Assembly: GCF_018350175.1 (NCBI RefSeq)
Contig: NC_058368.1
Span: 223,760,001-223,824,000 of the forward strand
Direction of reading: 5' to 3'
Origin: Felis catus
Lineage: Eukaryota
Length of the DNA stretch: 64,000 bases
Shown here piece after piece: positions 36,699 through 48,619 of this stretch. Under the pieces are notes generated by a model that was given only the letters and a program-made list of their open reading frames with translations, was not told the origin of the DNA and did not search any database. Position numbers and translations under genes: made by a program. Positions within the stretch are counted from its first letter, which is position 1, and each line of letters opens with the position of its first letter.

Positions 36699-37387
36699 GT
36701 CCTATAACCTTAACTATGTCAAATCTTTTAAAGAATATATTGAATTCCAAGGATCATATTTCTTTTTGAATTTTTTACCAAGAATTGTGTCTTTACACAG
36801 ATGGCATGATTAATTATATAATTAATAGTGTTTTCTACATCAGGTTGGATTATTAGAAGATTATAATTAAACATTCGATCTGCACATGAAATATGATTGT
36901 CTCCACCTTATTGATGGGCCCATTTTAAACCTCAAACTTGTTTATTTTTCTTTAAATTTTTTTCTTTATAATTTTCACATGACTCTAGTTATCTTGACAT
37001 TAATAAGCATTGCACATCACTATGAAGTGCCTGAAAATCATTTTGAAATAAACACAGAGTGTGTTTTAAAAACTTAGAAAAATGATAATGCTAGAAAAAA
37101 ATGCATCATTTTTTATGCAGAAAAACTAGTCACTTTCCTCTTAAAATTCAGTCTTTTATGAGGGTTTTTAAATTGTTTTAAGGCATCCTATTTTAGAATT
37201 TCAAAGTATCTTACAATTTATAGATTTCACTATGCATATATGAAAGATTATCTGATATTAAGCTATATGATTCTTTGGTTATGTATAGGAAAATATTGAA
37301 ATTAAAATTGAATTAAAGTTAAAATTGACCTTTTCAAAAGACATGAGCTAATTACAAATGGCTTTTGCTAACAAGAGGAAAAATATC

Positions 37388-38658
37388 TTTTTTTTTGTAA
37401 TTTTTATGTAAATTCTAGTTAGTCAATACACAGTGTGATTTTAGTTTAAGGTGTTCTATATAGTGATTGCATACTTCCTTACAAACCCAGTGTCAATTCT
37501 CTTTTAAATATTTAATCCATTCTGAATTTATTCTTGTGTATGGTTTAAGAAAGTGGTTCTCCATATTGCTGTCCAGTTTTCCCAACACCATTTGTTGAAG
37601 TGACTATCTTTTTCCTATTGAATATTCTCTCCTTTGTTGAAGATTAATTGAGCATATAGTTGTGGGTTCATTTCTGTGTTTTCTATTCTATTCTATTCTA
37701 TTGATCTATGTGTCTATTTTTGTGCCAGTACCATATTGTTTTGATTGCTACAGCTTTGTAATATAACTTGAAGTCTGGAATTGTGATGTCTCCAGCTTTG
37801 TTTTTCTTTTTCAAGATTGGTCTGGCTATTCAAGAGCTTTTGTGTGTTTCCATAAAAATTTTAAGATTGTTTGTTCTAGCTCTGTGAAAATTTCCGTTTG
37901 AATTTTGATACAGATTGCATTAAATGTGTAGATTGCTTTGGGTAGTATAGACATTTTAACAGTATTTGTTACTCCAATCCATGAACATGGAATGTCTTTC
38001 TATTTCATTGTGCCATCTTCAATTCCTTCCATAAGCGTTATATAGTTTTCAGAGAACAGGTCTTTCACCTCTTTGGTTAGGTTTATTCCTAGGTATCTCA
38101 TGGATTTGGTGCAATTGTAAGTGGGATTGGTTCCTTAATTTTTCTTTCTGCTACTTTATTATTGGTGTACAGAAATGCAACAGATTTCTGTAATTGATTT
38201 TGTATCCCGGGACTTTACTGAAATTATCAGTTCTATCAGTTTTTTAATGGAGTCCTTTGTGTTTTTTGTATAGAATATCATGTCATCTGCAACTGGTGAA
38301 AGAGTGATTTCTTCCTTGCTGATTTGGATGCTTTTTATTTCTTTATGTTGTCTGATTATTGTGGATTGGGCTGTACTATGTTAAATAATAGTGGTGAGAG
38401 TAGACATCCCTGTGTTGTTTTTGACATAGAGGGAAATATTTCAGTTCTTCCCAATTGAGGATGATATCAGCTGTGGATTTTTAATATATGGCCTTTATTA
38501 TGTTGAGGTATGTTCCCTCTAAACCTACTTTATTGAGGGCTTTTAGCATGAATGGATGTTATACTCTGTCAAATGCTTTCTCTTCATCAATTGAAATGAA
38601 CATATGGTTCTTATCCTTTTTATTGATGTATCACATTGATTGGTTTGTGAATGCTGAA
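37388..38658 (-). mobile_element. 5'-truncated carnivore L1 with internal deletion
   Basis: Poly-T and about 100 bp of 3'UTR joined near 37495 to ORF2 sequence homologous to 3620-5030. Confidence 0.9.
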
Positions 38659-39618
38659 GATGATCTTCCTGTCCTAGAATATCCTGAACGATCAGCTAAA
38701 AATAAATATGTAATACTTGTAAGAAGAAAATAATGTTTTGATAACAAGGGATAGCCTTTTTTAGGCCATTGTGACTTGTGGAGAAATTTAAAATGAAAAA
38801 TGATAGAGAGTACATGTATGTATGTATGTATGTGAGTGTTTTCAATAACTTCACGAGCTGCTTCATTGTTTTTGTCTTACCAATCACGATGAGAAGAAAG
38901 GTTCCTGTTCACATATCTCTAGTTTGCTTGCTTGCCTCTGGACATTTTGTCTCTTTAGCCACCAGATTTCACAAGATAGGTAATCCCCTAGCAAATATTC
39001 CCTATGACACACATGAGTTTAGTAGTCCCCAAAATAGCCCAAATTTCAATGTGGAAAACATACTCCATCACTTTATTATTTTGTGGGAATTTTCAATACC
39101 TCTGGTTTTATGTATATTTTAACATAATATCTATGACCATAGAGTGAATTGGGGGATGATAAGGAGAGACATTGACAGTCTTTCATCCTGGAAATGTCTT
39201 GTTCTTTAAAATAACAAATGGAGGGTCAAAGAAAGAAGTCTCTTTGCTTAGTTACTATGGAAAACAAAATATTAAAAATTAGTTACATTACACAACATCA
39301 CCTAATATGCAATCAGAGGAATAGCTTTTTCCTTCATATAAGCTATCTATCTGATGATATTAATCTAAAACTATCACATGATTTATTTTATTTTATTTTA
39401 CTTATTTTTCGTTTGTTTTCAAAAACATGAAAATAACTTTTACAAAAATAAATGATGTAGTGGTGAGAACACTGCAGGCCCAAATTTTGGTTTGTAATAC
39501 CATTCTTCAATAAAAGGAACTAGTGTTTCTTGGAGAAAGAGCTGATTATAGGACTGGTGGTAGGATGCCCAAGGTAAGTCAAGAATATTTTATAATGATA
39601 ATAAGTAAAGAAGTGCTT

Positions 39619-39620
<2 letters not shown>

Positions 39621-39656
<36 letters not shown>
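39621..39656. repeat. (CA)n microsatellite
   Basis: Direct reading. Confidence 0.95.
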
Positions 39657-39659
<3 letters not shown>

Positions 39660-40096
39660 TGGAGACATGTCAGAGAGACACAGGTACCAAATGAAAGAGT
39701 TGGCAAAAGATGGAATAATTTGAACATGAAAATTTATAAAAATCACATTGGGTTAACCCAAAGTATAAAATAAATATCCGTAAGTCTATGTTGTTATAAG
39801 TGGATGTGTAAACAAATAGGGGAGAATGCACTAATCTCGTATGCAGAAACTCCCAATTTAAATAGACACATTGTCTTCAGGGAGGTGACACAGAACCACC
39901 TACTCTTGAAGTGTGGCCCAGTGCAACACGGTTTTCTTCCCCAAATCGCAGTATGGAAAGGGAGAACGAGATCTAACTTTACAGTGAAGAAACCAGACAA
40001 ACACCACCCCAGCAAGGCAATAATGGTTAACATCAGTGATGAGAATTCCTGTTGATTGTATTCACCTTTGCTATGAGGTGATAAAAATGGCATTTT

Positions 40097-40250
40097 GGGG
40101 GCCTGGGGTGGCTCAGTCGGTTAAGTGTCCGACTCCTGATTTTGGCTCAGGTCATCCTGAAAATTATCTCCCTCTCTCCTTTTGCCCTTCTCCTGCTCAC
40201 TCTCTCACTCACACACTTTCCTCTCTTTCAAAAAAAAAAAAAAAAAAAAA
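40097..40250 (+). mobile_element. Can-SINE with central deletion
   Basis: Head up to GGTCAT joined to the CT-rich region and poly-A. Flanked by GCATTTT on both sides. Confidence 0.88.
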
Positions 40251-41180
40251 GCATTTTCTTCTGTGTGGTCTTCCTCTCCAAAAAATTCCATAACCACATT
40301 TTAATGATAAAAAAATCAGACAAATCCCAATTGGGGGATATTCTACACCCAAACTGACTAGTATGTCTCAAAATACATAAAGTCATCAAAAACAAGCAAA
40401 AAGTGAAGAACTGCCATAGCCAAAATGGGTCTAAGGAGACATGTCATGGATAGGATCTGTAGGAAAAAATGAACATTAGGTTAACAGGAAGAAAATATGA
40501 ACAAAGTATTGACTTAATAAGAGCATGCTAATATTGATTCATTAATTGTGACACACGTTCCATGCTAATGTAAAATGTTAACAATAGAAGAAACTGGGTG
40601 CACGGTATATGGGAACCTTCCCTACTGTCTTCACACTTTTTGTGTAAATCTAAAACTCCAAAAAAAATTATAAAAATATAGATGATACAATGGCATGTAT
40701 AATTAGACACTGTGCATTCAGGTCACGAGAATGCTTGCTGTGAGCCCAGAAAAAGCTGAGACATTTTCAATATGACATGATATTTTGGGTTTTTTAGGAT
40801 TGCAGTTATTAACAGAACAAAATGAAATACTGAAAATTATGTTTTATCTACACTAAAGAGAAAACATGTAGTAATATGAATTCATCAAATTACAAGCTGA
40901 AAGAGGCTTTTGACAGGAATTTTCAAAATGAAAATTGGAGACAAATAGACACGACACAACTGGCAATGAGATGCATAACAGAGTAAATGGCCAGGCCCAA
41001 ACTGGATTGGATAATATCGGTCCATGAAAAATGGCAATATTTTATCTGCCCTGGGATAAAGTTCATACAAAGTACATATAAACCCAGGAACACTTTGACA
41101 TCATAAAGTTTCATAAAGTTAGAGAATAAAAGAATCCACATTTATGTATGTAAGCCATGGGGAAAAAAAACAGGATTTTT

Positions 41181-41348
41181 ATTTATTATTTTATTTTTTT
41201 CCAATATTTTATATTTATTAATTTGCATGTTTTAACGTTTATTTATTTATTTTTGAGAGAGAGAGACAGAGACAGAGACAGAGCATAAGTGGAGGAGGAG
41301 CCTGAGATGAAGTCGCATGCTTCACTGACTGAGCCACCCAGGCGCCCC
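41181..41348 (-). mobile_element. Can-SINE with central deletion
   Basis: GGAGGAGGAGC joined directly to CTGAGATGAAGTCG. Decayed TSD AAACAGGATTTTT / AATCAGGTTTTTT. Confidence 0.88.
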
Positions 41349-42072
41349 CCCCCCGCCCCCCAAATCAGGTTTTTTAAATTGGGAGTGTCTTAAGTGCTAA
41401 GTTGTATCACCCTGACACAACAAATTAACTTGATACCAAATTGGTCTCTTTTTGGTAATGAATTTTACTCTCATAGCAAAGCTTTGTCCTCAATAAAAAT
41501 ACGAAAAAATGGTCTTCCATAGCATTTGAAGTTGATTCCAAAGCAGAGTACTACAATCCTTCTGAACCATGGCAAAATTATTGAGTTTACATATGCTTTT
41601 TTATGGAGACTTTAATGAAGGCAATTGAATGTATTAGGTAGCAAACATTATATCATAAAAATTTAGAAATGAAAGTTTACAGCATAGTTATACCTTGTGC
41701 TTTGGTTGTGGAAATAGATAGTACATAGTAAAATTTTAAATTAAGGCTATGTCCTTTCCTTGCATGCCCCTTGTGTAAAGTGAGAAGAAAATAAACCCTA
41801 AAACTATTCAGTTAGTCATAATGCCTGGCTTTTATAAATATACTTTTATCTACTTTATTTAGAACAAGTGTGGGCAACAAGTTTACAGAGGTCGAGAAAA
41901 ATATCAGAACTGTTTGATTTTTTTCTTCTGAGAACTATTTTTCTCTTATATTGGGATTCTCTCATAGCACAAAAGAAGGTGGGGTTGACTATTTTGTGAC
42001 ACAGGGAACTAACATGGTGACCCAAACAAACCATCAAGGGCTCTTTCTAAGAGTATTTCCCACTGTTTCCAA

Positions 42073-42074
<2 letters not shown>

Positions 42075-42147
<73 letters not shown>

Positions 42148-42152
42148 TATAT
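42075..42152. repeat. (TA)n microsatellite, interrupted
   Basis: Direct reading. Confidence 0.95.
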
Positions 42153-42748
42153 CACAGAGAGATACACTTAAATGTATGGGCATTAATATAAATGAGTACT
42201 TAACACAAAGTAAGGATGAATTGGTCTTTATCGTTTCCACTTTAGAACTCCTTCTGAGTCTCATAGTTTATGGAACAGTTTGTAACATCAGCATGACTCT
42301 CAGGATAAGAAAAATTAGCTGTAGGTTTAAGGAAAGTATAATTGATTTTTCTGTTTGCTAGGAATCAGAGGACAGCAGCCACCCACCATGTTGAAAGAGA
42401 TGACAGTGAGGGTAGTAGAGGGGTTCGTGTAAGAAATGGGGAAGAGTGGTCTTCCTACAAGGTAATATTAAATCAGGACAATTACAAAGCAAAATCCACT
42501 AAACATCCTATAGTGAGTATTTGCTAAGTGGGTTCTCAGTTGGCATCAGAAACCCTGAGATTATTTTTTGTGTGTACATCTCCCTGCAGGTCTTAGAGAC
42601 TCCCATTGTGGTTTGCATTCAGTCTTATGTGGATGCATAGAATAATCCTTTCCTTCTTTAGTCAAGGAAGCGAAAACTGAAAATATTACTTCCCTTTTAG
42701 GCTTTTGAATTAAATCCAAAAATGTTTTCTTTAAAAAAAATTCTACTT

Positions 42749-42943
42749 GGATGCCTGGGTGACTCAGGAGGTTAAGCATTCCACTTTGGCTCAGGTCATG
42801 ACCTCACACTTCATGAGTCTGCGCCCCTCATAGGGCTCTGTGCTGACAGCTCAGAATCTGCTTTGGATCCTCTGGCCCCACCTCTCTCTGTCCCTCGCCT
42901 GCTTGTGCTCTCTCTCTCAAAAAAATAAATAAACATTAAAAAT
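42749..42943 (+). mobile_element. Can-SINE
   Basis: TSD AATTCTACTT (42739-42748, 42944-42953). Confidence 0.94.
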
Positions 42944-44093
42944 AATTCTACTTAGAGTTATGTAAACAAAATATTTTAGGTGACCTATGAATAGTGTTTT
43001 GTTCTTTTATGATCTAATTCATTTCTTACTAAATCCCAATTTAGTAATTCCAAACACAATTCCTCAACCCTCAAGTTTTCACCACCTAGACTTACTCTAA
43101 GGAATAATTTTATTTTTGATCTATTAATTTAAATTATGTGAAAGTATTGTTATTTGGCCTATAATAATCAACAGTTTCATATGGTCCTGCTACTATTTCC
43201 AATTACTGAAGTGTCCCATTTCTAATAGATAATTAAATACTATCCTGTGCATTCTGAGTTAATTATTCTTGGTCTTTACTGAGAGAGCCTCAAGAACCTA
43301 AACTTTGTATAATCAGTTTTAGAGAGGTATTTCTGTCGCTGAGAGGTCATGGATAGCGGGTGACCTTAAGTGATTGAGGGGAGGGAAAGAGGAGGCCTAG
43401 AAACCTCTCTTACTTGCCCTTAGTTCCTGACTAGGTGTTTTGACTAGAGATAAATACATGTGTTCAAGAACCCATACAAGTTCAGGCTCTCCTTGTATAC
43501 TGTTTTCATTTTTTGTAAAAACCTTCCTTACAGAATAAGGACCATCATACAGAGTTAAGACCATCATAATAGGACACAAACTGAGACTCCATCACAGAAA
43601 GCAAGGTACCTATGTTAACTTGATCCAACCAAGTAAAAACAAACAAAACAGAACATTTGTTCTTTTAACAGAGAAATTTAGACAAAATACTAATGGCAAA
43701 AGAAGGGTAACAGAGAAGCATAGGCAGAGTGGGTCAATGTATGACCCTGATAGAATACAGTAGTGTCTTCTGGACTTACTACACTTCAGGTTCAGAGACA
43801 GGCCATAGTGGTCCACATAAAACGGAAGCAACATGGAGAAACAGAATGCCAGACAAGAAGCCTGGAGCCTTCCTCACGTTCTCCTGAAATTCTTCTTGCT
43901 CCAAATGATATCAAGAATCTGATAAGTTCTTAAGAAATAAATACTACAATCTCAACATTTAAAGCAAACTTTATATTTTCTAGAATTCTCTATGCAGAAA
44001 GGAGCTAAGAGTGTGGAGATTTCTGCCTGAGGACTGTCTGATTGTTTTTCTTTTTTTTCTTACTGATATGAGGTAATTGAAAAAATAAAAATA

Positions 44094-44133
44094 AAAAAAA
44101 AAGAAAGGAAGGAAGGAAGGAGGGAGGAAAGGA

Positions 44134-44181
<48 letters not shown>

Positions 44182-44265
44182 AAAGAGTGAAGGAGGGAAG
44201 GAAGGAAGGAAAGAAGGAAGGAAGGAAGGGAAAATGGGAAGAAAAAAAAAGAAAAAGAAAAAGAA
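44094..44265. repeat. (GGAA)n/(GAAA)n polypurine tract
   Basis: Direct reading. Confidence 0.95.
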
Positions 44266-45713
44266 CATGGTTGTACATTTAGTCTGAGTTTTATATTGCC
44301 ACAACATAATGGGGCACCAGACTCTGTTTCTGTTGAAGGGAGAGAGTGCATCATACGACCAAATATTTGGAGAAGTGAAGCAAGAGTCCAAATGGGTATC
44401 AGTTCAATTCTAGACCAGTTGTTTAAAAAAAAAAAGAAAGAAAGGAAAAAATGATAAATTTTGAAGAGAAACAAAAAGTGAGGCACATCTCCATCAATTT
44501 CAAGGTGACCATTAGAAACTGTAGACATGGTAAATAAAGTTATTCTTTTTAAAAGTGTTTAAAGCCAACCAGATTTATAAAGTTACACGGATAGAAAAAA
44601 TAAATATTTCTTAAACTCTTTTTGTTTTTTTTATTAAAATGACAAAGAGAAGGAAGAATTAGAAACATGACTGAACATGAAGAGAATTTCACTCACTGCA
44701 GTGAGGAAAAAGCTACATTTAATATATTAGAGTAGTTTATTCCTTGGATGGAAACTTCCAGAATGAATTCCTGTTAAAATATCTCCTCTGGGTAACCTTA
44801 CTATGTTAGCTGAGATTTCTGATACCAGAACTGGAGAGAGAACAAGCACTAAAAGTACTTAACTCTCCCAAGACGTTATAAAAGACTTAACATTTCTGTA
44901 TGCTCCTCTGTTTTCTATACATTCTCATTGGCTTCATGTACATTTTAGTTACTGTTGAACAAATCTTATGTTATCAACTACGTGTATACTTTTTAAGAAC
45001 AATGACTGAGCTTTATATTCCTTCCACAGTTTTTTGAGCTTAATAGGACCTTGTTAAACTTTTCTGAAAAGCGATTTATTTTTATCTATGTAATGCCTTC
45101 TAAAAATAACAAGTAGGTTACTGCTAAATAATACAATGTTGGCATCAATTATAGCAAGAAGTTTACTTTATCTTATTAGTAAATAGTTACAATGTTCTTA
45201 AAAATGAAATAACAGTTTGGAGTGCTCTTCAAGGGACTTGAACATTGCTATAAACATTTAGCAAGATTTGGAATTCTAATGCTTTTCCAGATCATTTATC
45301 TTCAGCCAAATCCAAGAAAATTATGCATCAAGATGATTATAGGTACTAGAAGCAATTACATGTGTCTAACCTATTAAGAGTACTCTAAATTCCACATAAA
45401 TTAAGTCTGTTTCAAAGTGTTAATTAACTAAATGTATGAAAACTTGATTATAATTTGGCCTCTGGCATTTTGAAAATTATTAATCCCCTTAAATTACCTC
45501 CCCTTATTACTTCCCTTTTACTGAAATTCTCTAAATACAGTAAAATTATAACTCATATCACCAAAAAAAAAAAAAAAACAGTTTGCTTCTCCTGGACTTG
45601 GAAATTACACAGTTGCTTCCAACTAATCGGACTTACGATCCAAGAAAATCAGGTCCTGCCCAAAAGTTAAATTTTAGGAAAACAGTATTTGAGACTTTAA
45701 AAATGGGCTTTAT

Positions 45714-45716
<3 letters not shown>

Positions 45717-45747
<31 letters not shown>
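45717..45747. repeat. (CA)n microsatellite
   Basis: Direct reading. Confidence 0.95.
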
Positions 45748-45749
<2 letters not shown>

Positions 45750-46331
45750 TACACACAAAGACAGCACTATTGGTTTCCAAATTCATAATTACGAATTTTG
45801 GTCATTCATTATGGTTTGAAAAAATTTCCCTTGGCAGGAATGTGAGAAGTCTTAGCAAATGGCAACTTGCAGGATTATCTTCTCTTTTTTTTACAAAAGG
45901 AAATTCTGCGGGAAATAAACCCTAAATTCTCTCCATTGCTTATCAGTTTATGAGCAACACCATATAATTATCCCCCATTAGATAAGGACATGTTAAATAA
46001 GGAGGGTTTGTAGTTTCTTTTCTTTTTTGTGGGGTACTCGAATGTTCTGCACCTAATTGACAATTCAGATTAATTGCATATTTTTGTGTATTTCTATCTA
46101 TATTCATAATTGAAAGTATCAGTGTAACTTTTACAAGTCAGTTATATATGATTAAAGAATCATATTTAAATCATGTCATGTGATCCCTTCAAATTTATTT
46201 TTAAACAGTCATTTTTTAATTCTTACATTAATTTATATTCATTGTAGACATTTTTCAAATTATGAGTAGGTCCAGATAAGAATATAGAACATCCACAAAC
46301 ACCATGACCCAGAATTAACACTTATAATAAC

Positions 46332-46713
46332 TGTTGTTAGTTGAATATATTCCCAGCAAAGATACATTGAAGTCCTCACCCTAAGGTGACGTTATTTGGA
46401 AATAGGGTCTTTGCAGATGTCATCAACATGAGGTCATGTGGGATTATGGTGGCCTCCAGACACAGAGGCGAGCATCCTCTGAGCACGGAGGAAGAAACTG
46501 AGCTGACTGTTCTCCAAAGCCAATCAACTCCAAGGATTGCTAACAACCACCACGAGCTAGGAAGAGGCCAGGAAGGATTTTTCCTTAGGACACAGTGGAG
46601 TATGGGTCTGCAGACACTTTAATTTCAGACTTCTACCCTCTGGAACTATGAGAGAATCAATTTCTGTTGTTTGAGGTGACCTAGCTTATGCAGCAGCCCT
46701 AAGAAACTAATAC
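46332..46713 (+). mobile_element. MLT1C-like MaLR LTR
   Basis: GTGACGTTATTTGGAAATAGGGTCTTTGCAGATGT...GAGCTAGGAAGAGGC...GCAGCCCTAAGAAACTAATAC. Confidence 0.88.
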
Positions 46714-46786
46714 TTAGTGCCTGTCCTTCTGACCATTTATGGACACTATCAGCAATGCTGTTTCATACCTTGACTTGTTTATACAT

Positions 46787-47102
46787 TGCTATCTATAAAC
46801 ATGGAATGTTTGTGTTCCTAATGTTGAAATCTAACCCCAATGTGACGGCATTTGGAGATTGGCTTTTAAGAGCTTATTAGGTCATCGGAGTGGAGCCCTC
46901 ATAAAAGGGATCAGTGCCTTATAAAAGGGACCTCAGCGAGCTCCCTTGCCTCTTCTTCCATGTGAGGACATCCTACCGGGCACCAAATCTGGTAATGCCT
47001 TGTCTTGGACTTTTCAGCATCCAGATGTGAAAAATAAATCTCTGTTGTTTATACATCACCCACACTCCAGTATTCTGTTATAGCAGTGAAATAACCTGAG
47101 AC
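46787..47102 (+). mobile_element. MLT1A-like MaLR LTR
   Basis: GGAGTGGAGCCCTCATAAAAGGGATCAGTGCCTTATAAAAG...CCATGTGAGGACA...GTATTCTGTTATAGCAG. Confidence 0.88.
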
Positions 47103-47209
47103 CATAAATACCCTTCTGTATTTATGTACTTGTATACGGTATTAGTATATGGCCTACCATAAATATTAGTGGAAGTCATCACGTGTTTTTTATAGAAATA
47201 ATTATTCAT

Positions 47210-47434
47210 GGGGCGCCTGGGTGGCTCAGTAGGTTAAGCGTCCGACTTCAGCTCAGGTCACAATCTCGCGGTCCATGAGTTCGAGCCCTGCATCGGGCTC
47301 TGTGCTGACAGCTTAGAGCCGAGAGCCTGCTTCAGATTCTGTGTCTCCCTCTCTCTCTGCCCCTCCCCTGCTCATGCTCTGTGTGTCTCTCCTTCAAAAA
47401 TAAATAAAAACATTAAAAAAATTTTTTTTTAAAT
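47210..47434 (+). mobile_element. Can-SINE (SINEC_Fc-like)
   Basis: TSD ATAATTATTCATG (47198-47210, 47435-47447). Confidence 0.96.
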
Positions 47435-48116
47435 ATAATTATTCATGAGGACTAGTTTTACATAAAGAGGTCATTCTGTAGTGCCATGGGCATGATCCGT
47501 TCACAGAATTTTAATATCTTTTCTTTTGTATGGTATTTTATTAAGTATATGTTTGATATTAAAGAGTGAGTCTTAATATTTGGGGAACTACTTGCTTTGG
47601 GGAAGTTGAATTAAATGGAGAAATACTGATTATTTCATTATTGAGAAGTACATTTGGCTTTGGAATTCAATTTAGTCCTAGCAACATGTTCAATTTTATT
47701 GTAGCTGATTAATTATGTCTTTTGTGATTATTTTGTTTTCTTTAGAAAGTATTGATTATTCCACGGTTCCAATTCTGAAAGAAGTTTTTTGAAATATCTG
47801 ACTATAATTATAATCTTTTAACATTTTGCATATCTCCTATCCCCCTTTATGCATTTGGTTTCTATGTAGTTTTATGCATATCTTCTTTTGAATTGTGCCT
47901 ATTAAAGTTATCTAATATCTACGTTGGTCATATTTTTTTTATTTTTATTCTTTCTTTACCATTTCATTTCTTAAATTTCCTTAAACAATATAAAGATGAG
48001 GCTTTTAAACAACTAACTGGCATACTTTTTTTAGGGGAATTTAACAATGAGCACTTATATCTTAAGTAACGTTCTGTTTCGAAGTCTATGCCTCCCTGTC
48101 TCTCTGCCTTCCCCCC

Positions 48117-48155
48117 TTGTACTTTGTACTTGTACTTGTACTTGTACTTGTACTT
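48117..48155. repeat. (GTACTT)n hexamer repeat
   Basis: Direct reading. Confidence 0.9.
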
Positions 48156-48409
48156 TCAAAAATAGACATTAAAATTTTTTTAAAAAGTTGTTCTGTTTTC
48201 AAATTTCCATTGATATTAATAAAGTCAATCTGTATGTGCAGGCCTATCTTTGAGGGAAAAAATGTCTTCTAATATTAGAGTTATCTTTGTTCTACTTTCT
48301 GGAACACTTTATATTAAGGTTTCCTGATTCTAGTTTCTAAAACTCTAATGTTTTGTTTTTCTTCAGGAATTTCCTGGCTTTGATATATTCACTCCTTGTT
48401 CATCTAGTT

Positions 48410-48619
48410 CAGCGGTTGATAATCTACACCACAAAGGTCAAATCTAGCTCCCTGCCTGTTTGTGTAAATAAAGTTTTATTAGAACATAATCATGCTCATT
48501 CATTTTTGTATTACCTAAGACTTTTCTTTAGGATTGTAGAGTCATGAGACAGACCTTATGGCCAGCTCAGGTGAAAATATTTATTATTTGGATTTTTACT
48601 GAGACATTTCCAACCCCTG
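48410..48619 (-). mobile_element. MER58A-like hAT-Charlie miniature DNA transposon
   Basis: CAG...CCCCTG ends; TGTAAATAAAGTTTTATTAGAACA. Confidence 0.82.

Larger units (their letters stand above)
39470..40678 (+). mobile_element. Ancient L1 3'UTR (L1MC/L1MD-like)
   Basis: TAACTTTACAGTGAAGAAACCAGACAAACACCACC...GGTTAACATCAGTGAT; ends TTTGTGTAAATCTAAAACT plus A-rich tail. Confidence 0.8.

Noticed and set aside
41951..42361. 136-aa ORF
   Set aside because: Its length is inflated by a (TA)n microsatellite giving IYIY repeats.
43980..44528. Longest ORF (182 aa), apparently membrane-like
   Set aside because: It is a read-through of the stop-free (TTCC/TTTC)n repeat.
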